From: the human T2T-CHM13v2.0 reference genome, Homo sapiens
Length of the DNA stretch: 64,000 nucleotides
Reading direction: 5' to 3' (one strand)
Assembly (NCBI RefSeq): GCF_009914755.1
Contig: NC_060928.1
The notes below the pieces were generated by a model. The model was not told the DNA's origin and searched no databases. It saw nothing but the letters and a program-made list of their open reading frames with translations. How positions within the stretch are numbered: position 1 is the first letter of the stretch; every line of letters starts with the position of its first letter. Shown in pieces: positions 1-12,416 of this stretch. The position numbers were made by a program, and so were the translations under genes.

Positions 1-323
1 CAAAATTCATATGTTGAAACCCTACCCCACCACATGACGGTAAATAGGAGGTAGAGCCTTTGCGAGATAATTAGAATTAGATGAAGTCATGAAAGCAGGG
101 CCCCCAAAATGAGATCAGCATCCTTGTAAGAATCCAGAGACAGCTTGCCTCTCTCTGCTCTGTCACGTTAGGCTACAATAATGTCTAGAAGAGAGCCCTC
201 ACCACACCCAACCATGCTGGCACCCTGAGACTTCCAGTCACCAAAACTTTGAGAAATGAATTTCCTTCTTTATAAGCCACCCAGTCTATAGTATTCTGTT
301 ACAGCAGCCCAATGAACTAAGGC
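1..323 (+). mobile_element. MaLR LTR (MLT1A-like), 5' end outside the window
   Basis: caaaattcatatgttgaaacccta...tttataagccacccagtctatagtattctgttacagcagccc...aactaaggca has typical MLT1 5' and 3' motifs. Confidence 0.75.
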
Positions 324-620
324 ACCCTCTATATCTGATCAATTTCCTCATCCCCTCCCCCAACATCTGATCATCCTGGCCTGCCTTCAGCAAGAATCCT
401 ATTAAGTCAGTTTAGCACGAGTCCCCCTAACTTGATGTTTCCTGTTAGTAACTTTCCATGCACTGACCTCACTCTGCTTGTTAGCTATAAATCCCCAATT
501 GTCTTCACTGTATTCAGAGTTGAACCTAATCTCTCTCCCCTGTGATAACAGTCATGACTTACATTGTAGTATTCTTGACTGAGGTCTTCCTTACCACCAG
601 AATAACTTTTTCTTCAACTG
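324..620 (+). mobile_element. ERV1 LTR, 3' half (MER31-like), apparently interrupted by the preceding MLT1
   Basis: atatctgatc...ctggcctgccttcagcaagaatcct...ctataaatcccc; homologous to the reverse copy at 18977-19426. Confidence 0.7.
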
Positions 621-2114
621 TAGTCCTTACCCTTGTTCAAGAAGAGAAGACACACTGTTCTTTCCTCGGAACAGGGTCAGCTATGAGAGAACTTATCAGA
701 AAACCTGACCTCATGAAGCCCCACACGACCTTAACTCCTAAGTCAACTGGTATGATCATGAGGCCAAAAGAATATAATTCAAGAGAAAAAGAGGTGTTTC
801 CAGGTTGATGTCCCAGCCCCAGGTTGTTGAAAGCACCACTGGCAGCAGCTTTCACTCCCTCTGTGCCTCAGCTAAACAAGGGACTGTGGCCAACTAGGAA
901 AAGGGGAAGGGGAGCCTCTCTCCCACTTGTCTCGTGGAGAGGTTATGAAACTAAGCCAGAGCTGTTCATTCCACCAAGAGGGAAATCCACCCACAGCCAG
1001 GCTAGTCTCCATTTCCACCCCATCTAAGGAGCACAGATACATAAAGACCAATAGATTCCCTGCCATTCATTCGATACCTTAATCCATATGAAACTGAATG
1101 GTTGAATACTGACAACTTCATAAAAGGAGTTATAGTTTAGAAGAGAAATTGATAAGATTTGAGAAGATGATGCTCAAAATTAGCCTGTGTTAGGAAAGTT
1201 CTTTCTCTCAGATCAAGTTACAGCTTCTCTTTAATGAGACCACTTCAAATTGATCAGTATCATTGTAAAAATGAATAAACTCTACAAGTTTTCTTAATGT
1301 GAGAACTTAGGACTGAATGCCCCTTGCAGTCCATCTGTCTTTTTACTCATTGACTCACCATCTTTTGAATGTCTCCCCCGTCCAAAGTATTATACTAACT
1401 ACTAGTTAAAAGTCAGGATCCCTCAAGTTAAGTGTGAAATGACAGGCATATAACTAATCAAGTGCAGTAGAATATGTACACACAGAGGCTGGATTAGGGC
1501 AATGTGAGCACATTTGAGAGGACTATATTGGGAAGTGTGAAAAGAGAAAAAATTCGGAAAAAAATTCCAAACAGTCTTGAAAGTTGCCTGTGAATTTGCC
1601 AGGCCAATCTTGGTACTTTGGCTAAAGAGTTAAGTATTTCAGCAGACTGGAACAAGCAGTAAGGTTGAAACAAAAACAAGGGAAAGGTCACAGTGAAGGG
1701 AGGGGAAGGGCACAAAAGCCATGCTAAAATGTGCGGACCTCATCCTGTAGGCAACAGGAAGCCACTGGAGGACACTCAGGCAGGGAAGAACAATGTCAAC
1801 TCTGCACAGCAAGATGGAACCGACTGTGCAAGAGTGACAAGAAGACTGCTTAGAAACTAACAACACAAAGAAGGAAAGGAAGACCTAAACAAAGGCAGGG
1901 ACAGAAACAGGCCCCAGGTAGACAGGAACTACTTAGGGTGATTCTGTTTTTTGGATGAGAAAGAGGATGGCTGACTTTGCATTTCTCCATAGTAGGCTTG
2001 TGAGTTGTCAGCATACGCCGGTAGTAGCTGGAGGGGGCCACCACGCAAGACAATATTAATGGGGTGGAAAGAGCCAGAGGAGAAGGAAAGGGAAGGTGAC
2101 CTACAATCAGAGTG

Positions 2115-2340
2115 GCAGCTAGTATCTGCTGAGTGCAGCAATGCACCAGGCACCGTGCACAGAGCTTCACATAGATCATCTCAGGGAAATCCCATCTTAC
2201 AGACAAAGAAACATACTGGCTCAGAAAGGTTTTAGCAAGTGAGTCACCCAAATGACCATCAAACAAGCAAGTAGCAGAGATGGGACTTGAAGCCACAGGA
2301 CTCTGGCTCCTGGGCTCTTACCCATGAAGCTACACTGTAC
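2115..2340 (-). mobile_element. MIR SINE
   Basis: cccatcttacagacaaagaaac...ctcagaaaggtt...gtagcagagatgggacttgaa resembles the MIR core in reverse. Confidence 0.6.
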
Positions 2341-4950
2341 TCCTAAAGGCAAGAAGAAAATCCAAGGAGGGTGATGGCATGGAAGCTGAAGGAGGCAAAT
2401 GTTCCAAGAGGAAAGAAAGAGGAGGCAGTGTCCAATACCACAGGAAGTCAAGGAAGAGCTAAGAGTGAAAGGGTCCACTGGATTTGGTAACTAGGAGATC
2501 TTTGGTGGTGTTTAACAGTCTGGCTATAGGACACTCAGGAATGAATTGAGGGAAAGATGGTCTCAATGAAACAACAGTTTGCAAAGCAGGCTTTTAAAAA
2601 CACAGTTAAGAGAAAAAAAAAGGCTTGATAAGGTTTGTAGGCTATGAAGAAACTTCTGGAGAGACAGAGAGGTGAAAAACAGGGAGAGGTTAGAAACAGA
2701 AGAGACATGAGGGATTTGCCTAAAGAAAAAAGATATCTGACACCAGAGACTGAAGGAAATTAGGTGAAAGATGAATGGAAGAAAAGCATCTTAAAAATCT
2801 CACCTACTAAGCATGAAGAAACAACTGCTAGTCCTCTTTTTGAGAGCTTTCTAGAAATTGTGAAACACTTTTGCTACATTCCATACAGTCAGAGTCATCC
2901 ACTAAGGATAGCAAAGCCACGTAGCGGTATTAAGAGACCAGATGTGAATCAGAGAAATGAGTAAGAAGGGCAGAACCCTTGTTTGGACATCCTGTGCAAA
3001 CCCCATCACTGCCCACCCAAAACTGTCTGCAAATGTGACTTTAAATGACTCATTCAAGAGGGCTTCCCCTGTTTCCTGGAGTCCCCACACTTTACCCAGA
3101 TTAATGCCAACTCTTAAGTAGGTACTGTTCCCTCACCCATTCACCCATCCTCAGTTCATCCTCAATTCCCTTTATCTGCTACCACCAATGCCTTACGAAG
3201 ATAATTACATTCTTAGATAATACTTGGCCAAAATATACAATTCACTCTTTTAATTCTCACCTTCAAAAATATCCATTCTTTAGGTCTATAATTTTGCTGG
3301 CTTTTTTTTTCTCTAAATGAAAAAGTTCTTTACCCGCAAGGACTAGGTATGCCAAAAAAAAATGAATAAGACCAACCAAACAACAAGGGAAGGGTAGCTT
3401 TTCTAGACACAGAACTTAGACATAAATAACAATTTCAAGTTTAAAGATGAGAAAGTATTCACCTGTCTGGAACATTTTAAATAAAGCCTTCCTGAAGACA
3501 CAGAAAAGGACTAAACTCTCTTTGTTCTCCAGTTCCATATAATCAATATTTACTCAAATACCGCACCCCCCCCCACCTCCAGCATTCCACGTAATATTAA
3601 CTAGGAGCTGGAAATCATGAAGCAAACCACAAGCTGAGCAACTGCTAAGCCGCTATGCAGTGATTTTTAAGGGTGGTTCTTCTGAGGCAGGTTTCCAAAG
3701 ACCTTGGAGCCACTCCAAAAAACAGTAAGCTGGGAAGACAATTGCCTCCCCACTCCATGTACGTACACTAGGGCCCTACCTTATGTACGTATTAGAGGCC
3801 CGTTAATATTTCCTGCAATAATGGTTCCCGCTAATGAGAAAATAAATTATTTATCACTGTACTAAGAAAAAAATAAGAAGGGCATAAAAGAGGGAAATGT
3901 CAGTGTGACCTGATTATGCTTTGAGCTGTAAAGCAAAATAATTATCAGGGAAAAAATTAGGACCTCCAAGAAGACTGAGGAGTACAAACACATCAGAGGT
4001 CAGAGACATGCTCTCAACCCCCAATCCTAACCCTTGCTCTAATCCCAACTCAGAAAAAGTGAATGATATAGTTCAAAGCGTTAAACTCGAACTGGCCTAT
4101 TGCTTACTTTTGTGTAATTTCCTTTCCTTTTCATGCTCCATCTTACTTGTTTTTGCTTCTTTCCATTTGTCTATCCATCCTACCACCTTTGACCTGTTTC
4201 TTAAAATCAAATGTAAGGGAAAAAAAACATCACTGGAGAACAGACTAAGTTGTTTGCATCGTGGTAGAAAAGAAGGTTTTGATAACAAAGTGAAGATTTG
4301 TAAAATGATTTAAATTTTTGTTGTGTATTTCTTTAATGCTCTGTGTTTAATGTTGTGTCTCTTTACCAGTGTAAGAATGACTTCCCTTGACAAACACCAA
4401 TAAAATGGAAAGTTAAATTGTGTGCTCAAGTTGCCCAAGAATAACTCCAGTGATGTCTTGAGTGAGTTAAAGTGAGCAGGTGGCATTGGCCTCCCATGAG
4501 TTCACATTGAAGGTCAGAGGAGAGTATGCTCTTTTACCAAATTGTTCCATTGGGCATTCCATGAATAACACTTGAAAAGTTCTATCCCTTCCAAGACAAG
4601 GCTTGATTTCCCCACCTCACTGCAGTTTCACTCCATCATGCCAAACTCTTTTACACCCCTAAGTATTTATTTGCTGTTGTTGCCTCTCTGTATGATGGCT
4701 TCCCTCCTTTGTCCCATACAAAGAATGCCAGCTAAGTAACCTCAATTTCCCCTTCTGTGAAACAAAAATAGTAATACCTATTTCCAAAACTATGTTATGA
4801 GGACTAAATAATGCACACAAAAGACTTGGCAATGCATCTATTATATCAATAAATCTTAGATCCATTTCCCATTGCGCTCATGTTTAACAATACTTGGCAC
4901 ATAGTGAAAATGCAAAAGCCTCATGCATTCATGAATGCATGCATGGATGA

Positions 4951-5334
<384 letters not shown>

Positions 5335-6067
5335 TCAATTGATGATATGTTTACATATTATGTAAACTAACTAAACTGAAAGACTGGGTCTAAGAAGCAC
5401 TTAAAGCAAAGGTCTTAGGAGCCCTAATTTTTAAAAAACAGATGCATTTGTGAAATTTTAGAATAGTATGAAGGTTATATGAATAAAATGTATTTCAGGA
5501 ATGAATCTATGCTGTAAAAGCACTGTTATATTTTTACCATTTTGAACTTCTAAGTCATTAAAAGAAGAAAGCCGGACTGCCTGCCTGTAACTAGCCTGAT
5601 CACCTATGTAGGCCTTCCAAGGAGAATTGGATATTAGATAAGGAAATCAGGGTTTGCTGAATGCCAATGAATTGCTCAGTGGCTTGCAAAGCAGCCAAGT
5701 AGTTTTTGATCTAGTTCTTTCTCAGCAGCCAAAATGAACTTAAGAGTTAAACAGATAAGGAACCAAGAGAAATCACCAGGAGCAGCACAGGCCACGGGTA
5801 AACAGGTAACCCTGATCTAAGATCCCAAAAGTGAACATTAGCTCCAGAGAGACTTGACTTTAAAAAATGAATGGCATGAAAAGATGCAATCAATATCCAG
5901 TCAGCTCCTCTGGAAGGAGTTTCATCTCAAATTTATTTATTTACATTTATCCTGCTTGCTCGGCACAGGGCTTTTTTAAATTATTATAATAATTTTAAAC
6001 AAACCGAAAATATTTCTGATCAAACCTTGTAACTTAAACATATACCATAGAGATAATTCTGATGTTC

Positions 6068-6320
6068 ATGAGAACACTTGGACACAGAAAGGGGAACATC
6101 ACACACCCACACCGGGGCCTATTGTGGGCGGGGGGGAGGGGGGAGGGATAGCATTAGGAGATACAGCTAATGTAAATATTGAGTTAATGGGTGCAGCACA
6201 CCAACATGGCACCATGTATACATATGTAACAAACCTGCATGTTGTGCACACATACCCTAGAACTTAAAGTATAATAAAAATATATATATAATAAAAAATA
6301 AATAAAAAATAAACAAAAAA
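6068..6320 (+). mobile_element. 5'-truncated L1PA 3' end
   Basis: L1 3'UTR (gagaacacttggacac...G-rich tract...cctagaacttaaagtataataaaaa); 17-bp TSD aattctgatgttcatga at 6055-6071 and 6320-6336. Confidence 0.93.
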
Positions 6321-6422
6321 ATTCTGATGTTCATGAAGCTTCTAATGAACAATTACGTAGCCTAGTTTTGCCTTCATGACATTCTTACTGCTCAGACGCC
6401 GCACCCAACTTTAATACTAAAC

Positions 6423-6709
<287 letters not shown>

Positions 6710-7664
6710 AATACTAAATATTTTAACAAAATGTTTTACTTTCATGATTTCCAAAAATAGTAACAAAACTAGAACAAAATTTAACACTCTGTATCTTTTT
6801 TAAAACATTACTTGTAACTTTTATGATTAGTAAAAACTGTAGTTTTGATAGAAAACAGTCTTGGTGTTATATTGTCATAGGGCTCAGGTACATAATTTTA
6901 TATGCAAACCACCATTCTCCTAGGTTTTCTATACACATGGCCTTTATGATACTAATCATTCTTTGAAATTATTAAAATTAATGTCCACAACTGGAAAATA
7001 TGTTCGCTTATACTATTTGGGTAAACAGTCTACATAATGAAAAGGAATTGATGGACCCTCAGACATCACTGGGGAACTTACAAGAGATTCAAGAAACTGC
7101 TAAATGAGCAAAGATAGAGGGAATTATTATTCGATGCTTGTTAAATCTTCATGTACATCACCACACCAGCATATCAAGATAGGAAAAATATTACTCAGGA
7201 AAGTTAATTCCACATAAAAGTATCCTTTCTATGGAGAAGAACTTAAACCAAACTTTCCACTTGAAGTAATATGAGAATTGGTTTACTGTAACATTTAAGT
7301 GCAAAAGAGGAGGTAAGAATGGGATCACTGTGTAAGTTTCATAAAGTAATCAACTAATCTTAATCCTCCCATTTTCACTTGGAAAGGACCAAGAAACCTT
7401 TTTCAATTTTGATAAGTCAATCTGATAAAAAGTGAACTATAAATAAGAGACAGCATTGTTTTAGCAGTTAAAACACTTGTTTAAAAAAAACTATCTGGAC
7501 TCTGACAAGCCGGTTAGATTGACAAGATCTGTGAAATCAGTTTTAGAGTTTTTAAGCCCTGGTATCTTATTCACAAAAGACTGTATAACATGGTCAATAT
7601 TTAAAGACCTTAAACTATCTTCTCTTTCCTACATTTTTGATAAACATTAATAACAGTAAAGAAA

Positions 7665-7951
7665 CCAGGCGCAGTGGGATTACAGTCCTGAGGCCGAGGC
7701 GGGAGGATCACTTGAGGCAAGGAGTTTGAGACCAGCCTGGCCAACATGGTGAAACCCCGCCTCTACTAAAAATACAAAATTAGCTGGGCATGGTGGGGCG
7801 CCTGTAATCCCAGCTACTTGGAAAGCTGAGACACGAGAATTGCTTGAACCCGGGAGGCAGAGGTTGTAGTGAGCGAGATCACTACGTCACTGGACTCCAG
7901 CCTGGGCGACAGAGTGAGACTCCGTCTCAAAAAAAAAGGAAAAAAAAAAAA
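7665..7951 (+). mobile_element. Alu element with rearranged 5' end
   Basis: Dimer with A-tail; TSD aacagtaaagaaa. Confidence 0.93.
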
Positions 7952-8607
7952 CAGTAAAGAAAGCCTGTAGTAGATTATCAATTTCTGAAACAGTCCCAAG
8001 GCAAATTCAATTGAGAACTCGTTCCACGAGTTCATTGCTTAAGAAAAACAGCGCTTGTGTTTAATCTTTTGGATTAAAAAAAAAATCAGAGCCTACGTCC
8101 TACAGTTTTAGTAAAACTGGGCTGAGCAACTGGAAAAAGCCAATGCTCAATCACAGTATTAAAATACAGAAAACTTTGCGGAAAAAAAATAAAGGAAGTC
8201 GGGGGGCGGGGTGGGGGGGGAATGCGTTCGCCTCACATGACCACGATGAGCTGTTCTTGCTCCGGTTCTAATTTGAGCTACTCTCTGGATTTTGGGGAAG
8301 GCCCACTTTTACACATTCACTCATGAAAAGGGAGCGCACACAAATCCGGCCACGTCACCAGCTGTTGCGCGCGAAGGCAGCTTGGCGGCGTCGGTGCTGG
8401 TTCCGGAGGGCGCTCAGCGGGAAGAACCGGGACACAGAAACGGGGGCAGGGAAGCAAAGGGGGAACAAGAAAAGTGGAAGCGATGTCCCCAAAGCAGGTT
8501 CCCTTTCCTCCTAAACTTTTTGGCTCTCAGACAAATCCTAAAAGTCCCTCGTCGCAGCATACAAAGTTGTGGGTAAATCCAGCGCAGTGGGGGGCGCACG
8601 GCCTTAC

Positions 8608-8616
8608 CTGTGCCAT
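8608..8616 (-). CDS. ANXA5: Annexin A5, first coding segment (Met-Ala-Gln) in exon 2; the CDS continues in exon 3 beyond the left edge of the window
   Basis: The minus strand reads CTTCCCCTGACCTGAGTAGTCGCC-ATG GCA CAG|gtaagg: strong Kozak (GCCATGG) and a canonical phase-0 donor. I recognise it as the ANXA5 mRNA start (MAQ-VLRGTV...). I found no exon-3 sequence in the window. Confidence 0.95.
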
Positions 8617-8651
8617 GGCGACTACTCAGGTCAGGGGAAGGTGAAGCAGGA
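8608..8651 (-). other. ANXA5: ANXA5 exon 2 (44 nt: 35 nt 5'UTR + 9 nt CDS)
   Basis: Acceptor ttctcttttgcag|TCCTGCTTCACC at 8652/8651; donor CAG|gtaagg at 8608/8607. Confidence 0.93.
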
Positions 8652-8889
8652 CTGCAAAAGAGAAGAAACCTCGGGCTTAGCGCGCCATTTGCAACTCGTG
8701 CCCTCCCCAAGCGCAGGTCCGCGGGGACCCGGCGGCGCTCAGACAGCCCGGAGGGCCCCGCCACGGGGCCGACCCGCCCTCTCGCAGCTACCGGGACAGC
8801 TCTCGGCCGAGCGTCCGCGCGAATCCAGTGCCCCGCGACCACGCTCTCCTCTCCAGAAGGAGCCCCCTCCCCGGGCTGCGACCACTCAC

Positions 8890-9020
8890 CCAGACTGTGG
8901 GACCCAAGTGCCCCGAAACCCCGGGAGAGCGGCGGAGAGCCGGGCGACGGTACGCGGGGCGACGCCGAGATGCAGACGCTGAAGGATCCGGCAGCTGCAC
9001 CTAGACTGATCCAAGCAACG
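8890..9020 (-). other. ANXA5: ANXA5 non-coding exon 1 (5' end approximate; dispersed starts ~9007-9064)
   Basis: Minus strand reads ...GTCTAGGTGCAGCTGCCGGATCCTTCAGCG...CCCACAGTCTGG|gtgagt, with a consensus donor at 8889. It matches the recalled ANXA5 5'UTR. Intron 1 is 8652-8889 (238 nt). Confidence 0.9.
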
Positions 9021-11892
9021 GAAACGCCAGCGGCCCCACCCCGGCCCTGCCCGGCTTGGCCCGTCCCACCCCCGCCAGGGCCCCAACCGCAGGCCGGCCG
9101 CGCCAGCCGGGCCCGCCCCTGCCCCGGCCTCAGCGCGCCTGCGTGGGTCGCGGCTCGTCCCAGTTGGTCTCCCGCGGCGCGGACTGTCCCGCTGGTCTCG
9201 CGGGCCTGGGTGGGGAGCGGCCGCAGAGCTGCTGGAACCAGGAGGAGGCGCCGCTCCCCCGAGGGCCCCGGAGACCTCTTGTCCTCGCGCCGCGGGAAGG
9301 GCCTGGGGAGCTGTCCAGGGCTCGGGGTTTTGGAGGTGCTTGAGCCTCCCTGCCCTCTGTGACCGCAGGAACCGTAGCCTCACTTGGGTGCTCAACATAG
9401 TGCGTGGGCGTCTTTTTGGAGGCGAGACAAAATCATCGCAGCTAAGGACAGCGCGCCTTTGTCGATGGGATAGAAAAAACGTGAAAGGAGGGCCGTTTCC
9501 CAAGTTGTTTTTGTTTCTGTTTTGTTTTGTTGTTTTGTTGTTGTTTTAATGCCTATTATTGCTTCCTAGATGGCCCTCTCTTAAATGTACAGCCTTCTAG
9601 TAGCGTATGTGGGCTATTTGAAAACCTCTGCTTCCAATCAGTTTCTGTTTTCAAAACTAGCCTAGAACTTTAATATGACTTAAATTTGAGCAATGCCTCA
9701 TATTGGTTCAACATAAAATATATGAGTATATGAGAGAGAGGGGGAGGGAGGGAGAATCTACAGCGTATTGTACTAGCATGGTGCTGTGTTCTGTGAAAGG
9801 GCTTTATATGCAAAGCAGCCCCCAAACGCGAAGGAGTCAAGAAACCAAAGAACGAGACAGACAAATCCAGTCTGTAGGTAATAGGGGTGCTATTGGAGGA
9901 TGTGGTAGACAGAAGCGTGGCCTTGGGCGGCGGCAAGCAGATAAATTTCTGCACTGTTACTCCCCAGACCCTGGCCTTATATACCGTAAGGAAAGAGTAT
10001 ACTGCTCTGTGCAAGACAATTAAAGGCAGCCCTCCGGAACAGGTGAGAATGCCGTATGCTTCATAGCCTACAATGTGGGCAATAGCATCAAGGTTGACAT
10101 GTTCTTATGCTAAGGACAGTTTAAAAAAAAAATCCTAGGAATCAGGAGGTATTCATGGGACTGGGGTTATTAAAGGTCAACATGGCGGATTAGCATCCGG
10201 GATATAATCACTTTTGTCTCCATATGCTGGAAAAGGAAAAGTAGAAGACACAGGGACCTTCTCAGACTTACTGGTGTGGGGAGGGAAGGTGCCAGGGCAG
10301 AGGGGGCAAGAGGACAAGTTTGCGACACTAGATGCAGTGTTCTAGACATATGCTAGAATGGGAAGGGCAAAGTGCTTCTCAACGTGGAGGTTAAGGGTAA
10401 GAGATGAGGATCTAGTCTTCTTTGAGAATGAGGAAGAATAAATTAAATGGACAGCAAATGTGGTTCTTTGTATAGAACTTCTCATTCGCTTTCACGTGTG
10501 AACCACATGCCTATTCCAGCCCTGACAAAGTCACAACAGAGTGGTTGTTCTCTGGGAAAGGAGGCAAAATTGCAAAATTTGTGGAGCTTGCCAACCCCAT
10601 CACCCCCACCCCACTGGCGGGTTGCCTTTCCTCTGGGAGCCTCCTCTCCACCAGCCCAGCTGTCTACTCAGCCTCAGGCTCTCCCCAAGTCAGCACCTCC
10701 CCCGGGTTTTCTTTACAGGTATTAATATATCTGAAGGCAGCCCTTTTCTGAGCATCTGTCTCCGTTGCTCCAGCTTTTCTACTTTCTCTCTGCCCTGCAC
10801 CAAAAGCAGGACCTGTAGTCTTGCCTAGAGCATTCTTTTTTCTCACCCATATCCACTTGAACTCAGTTTGCTTCTCTCACTTTCTACTCTCACATTAATG
10901 GAGTTAAACAGGACCTCAGAGATCCTGTATTTAACAATCATTGATTTTACAGGGACATGAGACTCATCATGGGTTAGTGACTTGCTCTATGTCCTGCAGC
11001 TAAATACTGACAAAATCGATGAGTTATTGGACTCAGAGTCTTGAAATACTCCAGGTAGCATTTCTTTCACTTCCAGTAATATCAGTTTATTCAACTCCTA
11101 CTCTGGACCAGGCACAGATCTAGGTGCTGGGGTAAACACGGCAAGTGAAACAAAGGCCTTGCCCTCATAGGTCATACATTCTGGTGGAGGAAACAAACAA
11201 TAAACAAGTATCTAATATGTCCTGTGTGATGCGTGGTATAAAGAAAATAAAGGCTAGGGAATGGAAATGAAGGGAACACTTATTTTGCAAAGGTGATATG
11301 AAGCCATTTCTGAGAAGCCTTGAACAGAAACCTAAATTGATACAATTTAATTGTATTTGACAACTATACACTGAGCACCTGTGGAAAGGCCATACCTAAG
11401 AGTTTGCACCTTAATATTATAGATAAAGCATGTATATGAACACTACAATGAGAGACTATAAATCAGGAAAGAAATGCCTAGAATGCAATCAAAATGCAAT
11501 TAGTTTCAGAGGAAGGAGCTAATATTTTGTCAGATGGTTGACATAGCATTTGGATTAGGCTTTTGAGAGAGGATATTTTATCAAACTATGAAGGGGAGAA
11601 AGGGTGGTCTGGTTAAGTGAACTGCAAAACCAAGAGAAGGAAAGTATCTCTTTGTGTCTGTGTGATTTGAACTGTCTAAAATGGCTGGAGTGGAAGGTAC
11701 AATATTAGAGTTGAGAGATGTAGAAACTAAAACACAAAGAAGCTCAGCGACTTATTTAGAATAAAGAGAGATTGCCACATAAAGATTCTGCTTTGAATTG
11801 TGTATTTAATTGATGGATTTTGAACAACTGATGTTCTTAACTACTGAGTGATATAAATGATAGGCACTCAGGAAATCTCTTTCACTACCTCT

Positions 11893-12164
11893 TGTCAGCC
11901 TAATAACAAACAGAGAGGGAGACTTTCTAAAAGAAAATGATGTTTATTTGGGAATGGGCATTGCAATGGGAATATGTGTGCCATATTAAACTATTTTGCG
12001 TATTCAGGGAGGTAAAGGAAGGCAAAGGTTTTTCAAGGAAGAAGGAAGATTACATCATTGTTTTTGAGATAATTATCCTTGGCTACAGTAATCAATAACT
12101 AGAGTGGCACCAGTCTAATGTTGTACAGGCAGTTGCTGGGCAGATGTCTCCGCAGAAGTTCTCA

Positions 12165-12244
<80 letters not shown>

Positions 12245-12416
12245 TTGCAATGGCCTTTGTCCAAAGTTGTGGTTTTTGCAGTATTTTTCAATAGTTCTTG
12301 TTATCAGGCATTTATGTATTAGAACCCTCCCTTCATGGCCTTCCCCAGCCATTTGTCAGGGATTTGTCTCGTTTTTTAACACAATTGACTCCATTTTGAT
12401 AAGGACAGCTTTCACA
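11893..12416 (-). mobile_element. ERV1-class solo LTR (MER34/MER39-group-like; exact family uncertain)
   Basis: TG...CA termini (tgtca...ttcaca), 4-bp TSD ctct, and AATAAA on the minus strand near 11945. The minus strand starts TGTGAAAGCTGTCCTTATCAAAATGGAGTCA. Confidence 0.75.
12169..12243. repeat. Compound (TC)n(TG)n microsatellite inside the LTR
   Basis: Directly visible perfect dinucleotide runs. Confidence 0.97.

Larger units (their letters stand above)
8330..9480. promoter_or_regulatory. ANXA5: CpG island / TATA-less GC-box promoter of ANXA5
   Basis: Very high GC and CpG density against an AT-rich background. Multiple GC/GT boxes (CCGCCC, CCCCACCCC at ~9034-9120) and an ETS-like CGGAAA at ~9019-9024. 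It spans exons 1 and 2. Confidence 0.92.

Noticed and set aside
4922-4941. Perfect 20-bp palindrome catgcattcatgaatgcatg
   Set aside because: It sits in a low-complexity TGAA/TGCA L2 tail, where short palindromes arise easily.
8414-9503. Long overlapping ORFs (250 aa +, 205 aa -, 142 aa -, 137 aa +) in the CpG island
   Set aside because: These are Pro/Arg/Gly/Ala-rich, stop-poor by-products of high GC. They have no recognisable domain and overlap the ANXA5 promoter and exons 1-2.
10040-10048. Plus-strand donor CAG|GTGAGA as the end of a divergent lncRNA first exon
   Set aside because: It is plausible for a CpG-island promoter, but nothing else in the sequence supports a spliced antisense transcript.
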